Source: Epiperipatus broadwayi (Eukaryota; Animalia; Onychophora). Taken from it: a DNA stretch of 64,000 bases. This document shows positions 26,001 through 39,536 of this stretch, piece after piece. The DNA lies in the NCBI GenBank assembly GCA_028023455.1, contig JAQFVV010000002.1:11408001-11472000 (forward strand), in the 5' to 3' direction. The notes below the pieces were generated by a model. That model saw only the letters and a program-made list of their open reading frames with translations. It did not search any database and had not been told where the DNA came from. The position numbers and the translations under genes are program-made. Positions within the stretch are counted from its first letter, which is position 1, and every line of letters starts with the position of its first letter.

Positions 26001-28869
26001 ATCCTAAAAATTGATATTATATCTTTATATAACATTTAGATATTTAGAATAGAAATAAACAATTAGGAGAGATTTCTTAATCAAAATTTATCTTACATAG
26101 AAGTGTAGAGCTGGGTGCAAAATCTCATGTGCATTCTCACATACAAATACCATTCACGTTCTAACAAGTTGTGATATTTATTGTTAGTACTAGTCACAAT
26201 TTTTTTTTCAATGTTCATCATTTGATTTTAATATTAAACCCTGATTGTATATTAGAATTTAATAAAATAGATTTGATTTGTTAAAAATATAAGTTAATAA
26301 ATGAAAAACATTCTAAAAAAACCTTTTTGAATTTTGCAAATATTGGAAAAAAATAAATAAATAGAATACATAATGAGGACAAAGAATTTTCATAATTTGA
26401 GAGTAGTCAAAAAAGTGGCCAACTGAGTGATTCCAGAAGATCAAAAACATCTTTATTGATCAAGGTTTATTTTTAAAATAGGAATGAATAACTGTGAAAC
26501 CTTAATAATTATATAAAATTTCACTTTATTAATAAAAACTGCATTTGTAATTTCTTAGAATATTTTAAAATATCCTATGGTGTCTGTAAAACTGTTAGAA
26601 ATTAATTTTTCAAGAAGTGATCATTATACTGGCCATGGTTTTCTTTGTTATGGTTATGATGAAATTTGTTTACATACATTTTTAAAAATAAAACATATAC
26701 ATATTGTAATGATGTGAAATGGGTGAAATAGGCAAGATGTGATTGTAGATTTGATTAAAATATCTACATTATATAAATGTTCCTAAATGAGGGATTGATA
26801 TGAGACATTAATAATCTACATGGACCAAAGGTTAGAGACTATTATTAAGTTTTATGGAATCTGGAATTCAAGAACGTGAAATTATGCCTGATAACAGTAA
26901 GGTTATATATATATGATAGAACCTAAATCCCTCACTCACACAATTCCAATCTAAATCTCCTTGGTTAATAAATATTGCTAGCTCTTATAAATGTAACTAA
27001 CACAGATGGACAAATTCTAGTAATTTTACTATATATAACTTACTTATCAATGATGTTGAATCATTGATGAGTTATGGTTTAATTATATAAACTTCATTAA
27101 ATGATATATCAAATAAAAGTAAATAAAGCTAGGATTACTAATTTAATGAATAACAATGTTTTATTTACATTTATAATTTAGATGATTTAAAATTGATATT
27201 ATATATAACATTTAAATTATAATAACTTGGTGTGTATTTATACTATGAATGATGTTTATATTGTGCTAAAATGCAGAAATGTGAAGCCATAATAATAAAT
27301 AAAATACACCACCTGCAACCAATAGACTTATTAATAATTCCAAAGATCAGATATTACCTGACCAAACCCCCAGACAGTTTACAAAATCACATGCCCCCAG
27401 AACAGATGCAAAGCAGTCTACTATGGGGAAACTTGTGCCACTCTAGCCACTAGAGTTTTGCAACATCATTATTTATATAATAGAGCAGACAGCAATTCCA
27501 AATATAATATTTCTATAGTACCACAGGCCTACTGGCCATGTGTTTGAACCCACATCAGCAGAAATACTTTGCATGGGGTGGAATGATGTAAAACATTAAG
27601 TAAGAAGCATGCTTTATAGCAGATGACACCAATGCCATTAATCAAAAAGAATCCTGCTTTTCCATTTCTAAAAAATGGGTCATTTAAATACATTGCATAA
27701 ATTTGCATACACTAAGTTTATACATAACATTTTACCAGCACTTCCATCATATGCTATGAATGTGGGATGTTCCTGAAAGCACTTAGCCTTTATATTTTAT
27801 TATTATAGTTTCACATTTCTGCATTTTAGTGCAATATAAACATTACTTTGTTATTTGTGAAGTATAATTAATTATTTAATTATTATGAATGATATAAAAC
27901 AAAATACTTAACTCAAATTCAAGGAAGGCACATGTTTAGCTTAATTCTGCTAGTAGTAATTTAATAATGAACAGTGCTAACTTATTACAATCTGTGTTAG
28001 GATATCAGATCTAAATCAGTTACCTTGATAAACTTCACTCACTTAATAACTATACTTGTATCAACTTAAGATGACTTCCCTTAATTGAATGTATATGTAA
28101 TTGTATGCTTTGTATGCACACATGTAGATTATATGATTCTTCACTACTTGTATATAACAAAATTTAAATAAAATTGAAATTTTGTAACATTTTTGAAATA
28201 TTAAATGTTCAATTACTTATTATATTTGATTGGATGACACAAATTAGTACAAGATATTGTAGGTATCCAATTAAAAATGAAATGATAAAATAATATCAAA
28301 GAATTAGAGTATAGTTCTTGGACTAATAGAATATAATTTTCTAGGCAGTTGTTAAGCACTTTAATTTCTTTAGATACTTAATAAGTAATTTATAATTGTG
28401 TAATCCACTTTTATTATATATGTATTATAAGGGTGACTTATAACCAACAGCGCACTTGCTCTAATCTACACCATACTAAGCCTAATCAAGTAATTATCAA
28501 ATAACAGTTACCCTTTGTCAAACACATATTATACATAAACCATCATGATAAGCAATAAGATAAAGTCTTGGATTTCTACATTAAAATAATAAATACACTC
28601 ACATATCTACATAATATGACTAACCACAAGTGTCATTGACTAACTGACATTATGACATGAGCATAGATAAAACGTAAAAGATGATGACCTAATGTCAAAT
28701 ATGTTGCTAAGTGACCAGGCTTGAAAATAAAAAGATAATTCTAAATAAATAATTATCTTAATAATATTCTGTTGATGTGCATTATGCAACAATAAACAAA
28801 TACTAAAAGCACAGGAAATGAAAGCTATCATGAGGTCCTACCATGCTTAAAACATAACAAAGGTCATAT

Positions 28870-29009
28870 TGTAATGGTCATATGTTCCGTTAATAAGGTG
28901 GAGAGTACAAGTAGAATACAAGAAGCTCAACACATCTGGGCTGGACAAGCTATCCCAAAGAATACTAAGTCTTAACCTATTTGTCTGTGCTCCCACAATC
29001 CCCATTACA
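28870..29009. mobile_element. 140-bp TG...CA unit
   Basis: Termini TGTAATGG...CCATTACA, preceded by ATAT; the right flank (TGAG) does not match. Confidence 0.3.
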
Positions 29010-31843
29010 TGAGCAACACTCTTGATGCTACTATTAGTATAATTTCCTTCTAGTCCTGGGGGTCAGGGAAAAACAAGAGACCCTAAATAATAATGAGCCC
29101 TACACTAGGTTTGCCAACATATTATTAATACATATCAATAGGTGGTGTATGGGTGAGTAATACCTAAGACATTTAATAAATTCTAGAACTGCATGAATAA
29201 GGTGATAGAATGTGGTATGGATCATACAGACAAATAACAAGAACAACAGATATGTTAATATAAAATTTAATAATTGTCAAATGAATATATATATATATAT
29301 ACATTAATAGGTTGGCTTCACTAATACAATTACATAGATAATACTGTAGTGCTTAAGATTAGAAAAAAAATATATGAAAGATAATACACAGTATTTCCCT
29401 ATGGTGAAATATTCTATTATTTGAGGCTCTATACTTTCATGGTTAAATATAGAATAAAATCATAGATCAATATGCCTTATTGAAATATCACCCAATCGGA
29501 TTAATAGATGCGAGTGTGTATGATGGAGATATTCAATCATTATAACCATAGGCATAATTTATACATATCTATAAGTAACATATGTTACTAATGAGGTTTG
29601 TTAAGATAATCACATAGTATATATGAACTTAGAATCATAAGATTATAACTAATAGCTATAGATTAATATAAAAATATCGAGCTTAACAAGGAATTGATGA
29701 TACTGGTGAAGAATACATATGTGAACACATATAGGAAGGTGGTGCATTGAAACCATGAAGCTTTGTCTACATATAATTCAGATTGGTGTACCACTATTTA
29801 TCTGTGAAGTGTTCATCACAAATAAGCATTGTCACTAGATTGGGCCCTCACCCCAGTAAACTCCATGAATACATGATCAGATGGCTAGGTCCTTAGGTGA
29901 GACTTCCATATCCACTCTGATGCAGGAACCTTAATGATTTGGTGACAGTCTTAGTTGTATGTACCCCATGGAGAAGTTTGGCAAAGCATACTAAAATCAT
30001 AAAATTATATATCTGAACCAGCAACACATGGTACAATAACAATAATAATTAATAATAGTTTGCTCTTAATGTTTACCATGTTAGAGTGTGATTATACTCA
30101 GTCTATTCCTAAGTCCTAAAAGATTTCAAATAAATCCGCATATTCAGCAGCTTAAAGATTATGATGGATTATATAATTTAAAGGCAGTAACCACATTCAA
30201 CATTTTTGTAATAATAATAACTAAATGGTTGTGAATGCATGACGAGGGGCTTTTAGAAACTTACTGTTTAATCATGTATGCTTAAAATATATCTATAGTT
30301 ACAATTTCACATATACACATGCATATTATACTTTAACTTAGAATGAACAAATAAATGTATGAGATAATATGGGTAGATTTTTATGGGTGGATTAATTATT
30401 ATGTGAACACAATAGGATTCACTGAATCCACAGTAATATATATATATATTCTGAAAGATAACATCTGAGCTAGCAAGTAGAAAAGAGATTTGACACAAAA
30501 TAGTTGCCATTTCTATGATTAACCCATATCGAAATGTAGCAGTATGTTTATTATAAGGAGAATGAGATTCACTTGCTCAGTCAAAAGTTATCCAGGCATA
30601 TTATCATAACAAAATATTATAAAGAAAATAATAGAATCCAAGAGTGTTTGTTTACTCTAGCATGACATCTAAAGAATAAATTAGCCAAGTTACATAGGTT
30701 AAGATTATATATTTAATTTAGATACAATTATAGGAGTACATTACAATTTAAATTATACAGATAGAGATGACTACAGATTTACCTATAGTTTAGGGAAATC
30801 ACAGAGAAATGTTTAAGAGCTCTTAGAATAGAAAGTTACCATAGTTTATCAATTGAGAATTGTTAGTGCACTTAAGGCTTTTGATCATGGTTATGAAATG
30901 TTCATGGGAGTCCATATCACTGGATAGCTAGCTTTCATTTATAATTGCATCATTCTGTTGACTCCAGTGGAAACAACACTCTCTCTAGCATTAGCAACAG
31001 CATTTTTTTTTCTCACTGGTGGCAGCAACAAATCATGGGCATCTACTTCTTATATTTGGAGGCACTCAGATAGTATTGGGCTGCAGGATGACCACTTCTG
31101 GGTAGAAAAATAGCACCCTGCCAACCTCTACTTCACCGTATTAAATTCACACTCACAAAGCCTCGTTTACAAGATCTTAACTGTATTATTATTATAATCC
31201 ATCTCCCTCAAATTCCTGCTCTATATATTCCTACCAAGTATGAAATTAATCTTCCATTCTGGCTTATCTTGTGATAAAATATTCCATTAGCATATTTTCT
31301 ACCACTATACCTGGTGCATTTATTATTTATTTTACTATCTAAAAGCTGCAGCAGGATGCTGCAAGTACATTTACTTTTGTTACATTATTTTCAGATATCC
31401 TGACTACAGTAATTCTTTTGTTATACATTTACAAAATAAGATTTAAAAAATATTTATAAAGTGAATGTTTTAAGATGGTCTATTCCTCTGTTGATAACAT
31501 CTGCAACTTGCCAAAATTGTTATCATTTTTACTGTCTAATTACTTATGCCATTAATGTATCACTATGGGAGTGCATTAATGAAGTACTATTGTTCAGCCT
31601 CCCAACCCTCATTTAACTTTCTAATAAACAAAATTTGTGGCATGATATTTTAAATATTTAAAATAAAAGCAAAATAATATTATTAAATATAAGTTTTAAA
31701 GATATTGGAATATGTACATAGTCTTGGCATACTTGACTTATGTGTTTATACATATACCCACATGTAAACATACTTTCAAATTATAAATTAAATTGATCGA
31801 TTTACCATTCCTTTAGATTATTAACTCTCCTATCTATAATAAC

Positions 31844-31844
<1 letters not shown>

Positions 31845-31880
<36 letters not shown>

Positions 31881-31881
31881 G
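31845..31881. repeat. (CA)n(TA)n microsatellite
   Basis: Run acacacac...atatatat seen directly. Confidence 0.9.
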
Positions 31882-32278
31882 ATAAATACATTGAATGTGC
31901 ATATATCTTGGTCAATTAAAACATAACACACCTATTACAATAGGACTAGGGTTCAAACTAGTGTATGAGACTAGATAAGGAATGAAGAAAGATGAAACTA
32001 AGATTTGCAGAGTGAATCTTACCAATTCATATTCCCTTAGTTGCAAAAAGAAATTTTAAAAAAATGCTTTTACATGACAAATGAGAGTTATTAACATATA
32101 CCCAGTGATACAGATTAAAATTTATATTAAATGATTGATCATAGTAATATCATCAATTAATAAAATAAAATCCAATAACTTGAAGCAACAAAATTTTAAT
32201 ACCCGAATCAAATATTTGATATGGTGATTTCAACATCTAGTGAATGCGTTAAAAATTATTTACATTTCTATTTTAACA

Positions 32279-33751
32279 TGTAATCTAAGGTAATTCCCCT
32301 TTCTAGAGTTTCTCTATTTGGGTATTCTACTTCTAGATAATATGCTACTCCTAATATTGGGTAATACATAGTGCTAACCTTGTTACTGTTGGGAAACTCT
32401 GGGATCAAATCCCTTTTCAGTTCATGCCATTTTATCACTGTCCATCTATATGCCCCTCTGTGGTTATTTCCCTGGGTCAGGTGGATGATATCAACTTCTG
32501 ACAGTTAATGATTATAGCCTTGGGTTCTCCATCTTCTGCACCTTTTCTGGTGGTTTCTTAGACTAAGGCTAATATCCAAAGTTGTTAGGAACTCTGCTAT
32601 CTCTTCTATGTCCTTTGGTCTACTCCCTGATATCAACTTCTGGATGTACAAAGTCATGTTGCACTGTATGGTGCTTATAATGTGGGCATCTGAAAAAAAT
32701 GCAGTAAGTAACCTGAGTCAGATTACTTGGCAGATAAAGAATTGTGCGTGTCTCCCTCTTAGATGACACATATTTTTACTGATGTATGCTGTTGAGGATC
32801 CTGTTTTGATTCTCTTCACTCCAATAATACTCCAAGAGTGCCATACAATACATCTCAAATGTGGGAGGCTTTTTTCAGCATTACTCACCAATCTCTCATA
32901 TACCCTTGTAGGTAATGGTTGGTGATTGTTGTCTGTTTGGGTGGTCCTGTCCTATAAAAATGAAATAACTCTTTGATATTTTCTAAGTGATATTGAGGAT
33001 TTTCTCCTACTTCTCCCCTGAAGATTTTGATTTGTATAACTTCAGTCATGTGGGTTTGAGCCCGTACCTCTGGCCCTTCTTTCCCCTTGATGGTGCTGTT
33101 TTCTAGTACACCCTTTATACTGTCTCTGATGCTTCCACACTTTATAGTTTTTTTGATCTGGAGTTCTGGCATATAGTGGTCCATAATATTCATATTTGAA
33201 TCACTGTCATTCCTAGCATTGATTGTAAGATCAACAAACTCTCTCTGGATCTGGGATTCCTTTTTTCTGGTCCAACCTTGTTCCCAACTATTTTTTTATA
33301 CTGCTTCCTTCTTCCTGCATCAATTCCAGTGGTTTTTGCCTGTTTCCCTTTTCTGTGCCATTTCATTTAGGATCCAGTTGCTGGACCTCATCTCCATCCT
33401 TTCTCTGGCTACCATCTCATGTTCATGATTCCAGTTGTCTTTCAATTTATAAACCTCTTCCCTGAGATCATCCTGTTCCCTTTGCATTTCTTTAACATCT
33501 TGTACATCCCTCTTCATCTGCTCAATATCAGCCCTGGTGTTAGTGTTTTCCTCTTCATGTGTTATTGTTAAGGTGTCCATGCTCTTGACTAACCTCTCTA
33601 CTTTCTCACTGACTTGCTTTACCTCTATGCCTGCCTTTTCTATCCTCTCATCCACATCCTTCATGTCCTTCATATATCCTTCCTTAGTTCCAAATTGGGC
33701 ATTTCTACAGTCTTTTCTTATCCTTTCCAATTCCCTATAAGAAAGATTACA
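32279..33751 (-). mobile_element. Ty3/gypsy gag remnant bounded by TGTAATCT...AGATTACA, no LTRs
   Basis: Coiled-coil ORF (33320-33751), then IQIKIFRGEVGENPQY, HYLQGYMRDW, LLEYYWSEENQNRIL and GSRPKDIEEIAEFL, all capsid-like and with stops. The termini coincide with sharp composition boundaries. Confidence 0.75.
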
Positions 33752-34188
33752 TAATGGTTTTAAAAGAAATACCATCACTAGATTTTTCTGATAAAAGTTT
33801 AAATGTATGCTCTTTATGTATACATCATAGTTAGTATGTGAACATAATAATATATGTGTACATATATGAATAAAAATATGAAATAGTCTTGTGTTAACAT
33901 TAAATCTTGTTCAAATATATAGAATAAAAAATTCATCCTACACATTGAATAAAATACACAAATATCAAGCCAAAAAAAACATTCACATTTTTTGGCATTC
34001 TAATTTTTGGAATTTTAAAATATCAATATGAACAATTTTTCTAATAATAAATAAATTTTTGGAAGATTTTAGAATATTTTTGAAATAATTTTGAAATTTT
34101 TAATTAATATATAGATGAATTCCCTAAGGAGATGATTACAAAATTCTGAAGACTAAAAATTTTAAAATAATAGAGTTAATTTTTTTCT

Positions 34189-34426
34189 ATATTAAATGCT
34201 TTTATTAACTGTGTACTAAAAAGTAAAAAAAAATTTTTTTTCAAAGACAATTTGTGAGGTTTTAGATTTCATTTGAAATAAAACATTGGAGGGTCCAGAA
34301 ATTAATTAAGACAATCCCTATTTTTATAATGAGATTGATTTAATTAATTTCTGGATTTCCCCATGCTTTTATTTAAAAATTTTTTTTTTTACTTTTTAGT
34401 GTGCAGTCAATAAAAGCATTTAATAT
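34189..34426. repeat. Nested inverted repeat / foldback MITE remnant
   Basis: ~50-bp outer arms (atattaaatgcttttatt...actaaaaagtaaaa and complement) plus ~30-bp inner arms (ccagaaattaatta / taattaatttctgg). Confidence 0.7.
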
Positions 34427-37400
34427 ATATATTTGTAATTATTGAATGGTAACGCTTTGATTATTTTTTTGCAACAATATTAAAAATATTTAAAAATCAA
34501 CAGTCTGCCATTTTAAAATGAAAGTATAATCTTAATTATGTAAAAATTAGATCAAGAAATGTAATGTCTAGTTGATTATTGTAGTTTTAATAATGTAAGT
34601 GATTAAATATTTTTTCTAATATTATTTATGATGATAGATATTTTTTCTTGAATGGAAAACAATATTTCTATTGGTATGAAAATATTAAATAGAAATTAAT
34701 TAAATAAAAGTTGCTTCTTAAGTAATTTACATATTTTTCAATTTATTTTTAAAGCACTTCAATCCCATATATATAATGTAAGTTTATTTTTTTTTATTAC
34801 ATATTGGATAAAATTTGTATTTTTTAAAATAACTTATTCAAAAGCAAGGTAAAAATTTAAGCAATTTAATAATTACAGTATTTTGAAAATTCAATGAGTT
34901 AAATAATGATGGTGCTTTAAAATTCATGTAATTAAATAAAAATAAAGTCATAAGATGTTAAACATAAAAGGTTATTTATCAAAGGTAAATGGTGTTAAAT
35001 ACAAGAGGACAAAAGTATTTTTAATTAATCAATCTGAATTCTTGTTTTATTCAAGTTGCACTGAACTCTCATTAGAACGTCTGAGTAGAAAGAGGAAAAA
35101 CTGCTTACTGTCTCAAATCTAACATGGATGCTTTATGAATCTGACCAAGCTAGTTAGAAGAAATATCTTGTCAAAATAAAGGAAAAAAATACTTGAAAAT
35201 CAATTTTCAAAGACAGGAGATAAATAAAGAACATTAGGAAATCTTGTAAATGAACAGTTATTGTAAATAAAATCAATCAATGCATGCCATAATAAAAGAA
35301 ATATTGGTCAGCAAAAAAAAAACCCTTTAAACAAACTGTAGGGAATTCTGGTTACAAAACATTTACTGTGTAAGTTAAAAAAATTGTTTATCAATTAGAT
35401 TATTAACCTAATGTATTAATCATTTTCAGTTTTATTTTATAACCTCTTGGTATTTAATTCTAATAAACTATATTTTGTTATGTATAAAATGTTTATATAA
35501 TATATTATTTAATTGATTGATTAAATGAAGAAGCAAATGGTTTATTAAAAAAATAAAAGGAATCGGGCATTTGCTGAAATACTCAAGATGTATTTCAAAA
35601 CATCTAAATACAAAAGTGGCTTTAGCTTTTATTATATATTGTACCAGTCAAAAATGTATGTCCATCCAACAAGATTTAGAATCTAAGCAAAAGTACCCCA
35701 AATCAATCACCCATTTCCCAAATCTATAACACTACACCTATGGTGATACCACATGAATTCATTCTATCCCGGCCTGGTGCTACAATGCTTTGCATAAGAA
35801 CTGGTGATTATAATGGTGAGAGATTGAGTTAAACCAAGATATAAGTTAAAAGCATGCACAAATATATTAATGAGATTCGAACAACTGGATTAAATTTTAA
35901 AATTATAAATATTTATTTTGACAAAAATTCAAGATTTTATATATGTAAAATCAACTTCACGCAGTTTAAACTATTATTTTGGTTACAAATCTTTGACAAA
36001 CTTGATTCAATTATTTTATTTTAACAAATAAATATCAATTTAGTGTGGCATTACAATACATAATATATTTCTGGAAATCGGATTTTAATATTACAAAATA
36101 GATTTTATCAGAGTGATTGGTGAATGTTTATACATAAAAAAACATATAAAGATATGACAATAGAGTTTCTCTATTTATACAACTTCATAGGATGCCCTTG
36201 GTATCTGATACATAGCTATATTTTCATTTATAGAATTTATTTACAATTAAATAAGGATACATTCTTATCCGTAAGTACACTGAAACATTTATTTATTAAA
36301 CATTTTTGACATTTAGCAATCGAATATTGTGAAACTCTATACATATGGGAATTGCTTATTTCAATAAAGGGGAGGACAGCTTCATGAGAGGTTGGATCTA
36401 AAACTCCAACGAAAAATATTATAAAGAGAAAAATGTTTCATTATCACATATCATTATGATTTATTTTGTCAAACAGGCTAGAAAACTAAATATAAGAAAT
36501 TGCAGTGCTAGCATTATGTCAGTGAGAGAGAATGTGGCAGCTTTGGCCAAGGAAATGTCATTATCCAATTATTAAGGTAGTATGCCAGCTTTATGCTAAG
36601 TGGCAATGAAATAAAAAGGTAGGTAGGAAGTTGCTATGGGCCGGATCACGGCAGAGCCATACAGAGCTTCATATACACTAACCTGCATGTTCCAGGAGTA
36701 GACTTAGATCCCTGTTATGAATGAGAACATTAACAAAAACAGAAGGCTTTGAATCCCCAGTATGAGATACAGGTGAATCAAAGCAGTATATAAATATATA
36801 CTTTACAGAGAAGAATGACAAACTAAGATGATCGTGAATCCCTGGAATGAGGTACAGGCAAATCAGATCAAAGCCCTATGTGGCTTATTAATAATTTGAC
36901 ATGTCAGCAACACTATTATAAGAATATGAAGTCATTGCATTTAAAATACTAAACTAACACCTTAAGTGGTTTAACAAATACATAATGATATGCTAAAATA
37001 ATGACCCTTGTAAGATAAAGTTATTTATCAAAAGTTAAAGCTATAATTAATGAAATGTGCATTGCTCCCCCTTCTTGAATCAATACTATAAAAAAACTAA
37101 AATTCACACACTTAAAAGTGCAAATAATAAAATAGTATTTGATCACCAGCCTTTTTGGCAATGATGATCCATAAAGAAATCAATAAAATTAATGAATACC
37201 AATCTCCACCCCAGATTGAAAAGTATTTATGCATTTTGTATAAATTTACAATCAAAATATTTTTTAAAAATGTATTCATTTAAAAGATAAATGCAATCAT
37301 ACGAGCTATTTAGAAATAAATAACAAGAGCTCATTAAACCCCCCCTTTCTATTCCACAGCAGGATATAGAAGAAGTTCATAAGACTGGGTTTGATTGGCA

Positions 37401-37671
37401 TTTACAAATAAAATTTAGTGAAAATTTTAAAAATATCATTAAAAATAAATTATAACCACACTAAATTATAAAAACAATAAGAAGCATGAGTTGGATGAAA
37501 ATTTTTACAGTAATATTAATTTAGATAGAGAATCAATATTAAGAAAATAATTATTAGTTTAACATGCTCACCAATTAGCAAGTCAAAAAAAGAGATTAAA
37601 CATAAAGAAAACATTAATTTTAAAAAGTTAGAATTCAGGTACATGATTATAAATGGCTTTGGCTTGTTACC

Positions 37672-37854
37672 TCAGGATTCTATGGAATAAAGTACTGACA
37701 AATCTTCTGTGGCAGGTGGCATTCTTCGATTTAAAACATGTTTTTTGATCTCGGCAGTTCTTTGATAGCATAGACACTCTTGAGCGATAGGAGCTACATC
37801 TCTGCATGGTGAAGAGTTGATCTGAAGACATAGGGGAAGGTGCCTTACGACCCT
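37672..37854 (-). CDS. Candidate terminal coding exon of an unidentified host gene
   Basis: A T-rich tract ending TAG (acceptor) is followed by 60 open codons, RVVRHLPLCLQINSSPCRDVAPIAQECLCYQRTAEIKKHVLNRRMPPATEDLSVLYSIES*. GC1 ~52% exceeds GC3 ~33%, and CpGs are retained. A second frame is also open to a GTAACA donor at 37670. Confidence 0.4.
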   Translation of the reverse strand, partial: RVVRHLPLCLQINSSPCRDVAPIAQECLCYQRTAEIKKHVLNRRMPPATEDLSVLYSIES

Positions 37855-39536
37855 CTACTTAAAAACTATTTTAAAAACCAAACAGATGTGGCATCGGCTA
37901 GTGACTATTGACAGATTTTTAGCCCTATTTACACCAGTTTTGAGTTATTCAAAGAATGTTTTAAATTAAACTTCTTAACTCTAATTGAATCTTTAATTTA
38001 CAGAAATATTTTCTCTATTGTTATGGGAGATGCAATTGCTAGATAACTGTCCAAAAATAAATTCAAATCAATTTCCAGATTGCAAATAGATTTGATAAAA
38101 ATGTTAACAGCTAACTAAAATCAATTAGCTTTGTTTTAAATTTTACTTTCATTAACTTTAATTTAAAAATTTCTTTTAAAATCATGAAACAAACTAATGT
38201 TCCCACCCCTTTAATTACTCTTGGACAATTAACGATTGCATCTTCCATCTTGAATTTTTATGGAGTTATATGAAGAAAAATATTTACAAAATAAATGAAA
38301 TATAATTACAGAAAAAATACAAAATTATTTACAGTATTTGTTTGTGCTTTTATATATATAAAAGCTCCGTTAATATATGTATATATCTGAGTCGCATCTA
38401 GAAACATTAATATCAAAATAATTAAAGGATTTTTATTTAAAATTTATATTTATAACTTTTATAGATGCTTCTCATAAATATATGTATAGTTTATATACAT
38501 ATGACAAAAAAAAGGAGCAGGATGAAATGTGGGTTGTGGTAGAACAATGAAACTCAATCTTGAACTAAGGTCGATTGTTTCAATATATATATGCTTAACT
38601 AAAATTTGATTTTTTCTTCAAAAAAGAGTTGTCTGTTCATGTACAAATTATCAGACAATACATAAAATTAAATGAAATAATCAAGATGTAATATTCATTT
38701 TAAATACCCAAAGCTGCATACTTGTAAAATATTTAAATCAAAATGTCCAAGTGTTAAATAATGAGTGATAATATAATTATTAGAATTTTAAGTTAAAGAC
38801 TTATTATGAAATTTTATCAAGTTTATTTGAACATAATTTATCTCTTCTGTTAATTATTATAAATTAGATTTTATACATATATAGAACTTATAAATAAAGT
38901 TTTTAAATCACTGTTGAATGGTTAAAATATACTATATATTTCAAATTTATTCATGTTTTGTTTGGAAAATTTAAAAATGGATTTAAAAGAATCTCCTCAT
39001 ATAATTGGATTAAATTATTATTAAATTTGAGAATAGATTCAAAAGTTTCATCTCTGTTAATTTATTATTAAATTAGCATTTGAACTTAAAGTAATCACTC
39101 GTTAGAATTGTCAATGTAAGAAAGGCATACCGATTATAATAATACCATATTATATGTATATGTAATTGTACTATAGTGAGGGTTAGCCATACATAGAATT
39201 ATATCTAGGATATATCGCAAGCTATGGATTCATGCTATAGAAAGTGTGCTCAATCATATAATCATGTTAGTATTATAAATTGTAATTGAAAGATTAATGT
39301 TTTAAAATTAATCAACATAAACCACTATTGTTTTCTGCCATGCATGTGAACTAAAAATTAAAAAATAGAAGTGAATAGTCAAATTATAAAGAAAATTGTC
39401 ATAAATTCTTATAATATAAACTGTAATGTAAGCATGTTTAGGGTAAAGGAACATAATATATTTATTGACAATTATGATATATTGTAAATAAAATATTGTT
39501 TGTTATTCGTTTAAATAGAATAGTAACTTCTTTATA

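Noticed and set aside
29840-29990. Integrase GPY/F motif (SKLHEYMIRWLGP*V)
   Set aside because: A single short motif with a stop and no upstream DDE core; too weak to call.
32885-33778. Domesticated Arc-like gag gene
   Set aside because: The capsid region has in-frame stops and frameshifts, and the annotated start lies outside the element boundary.
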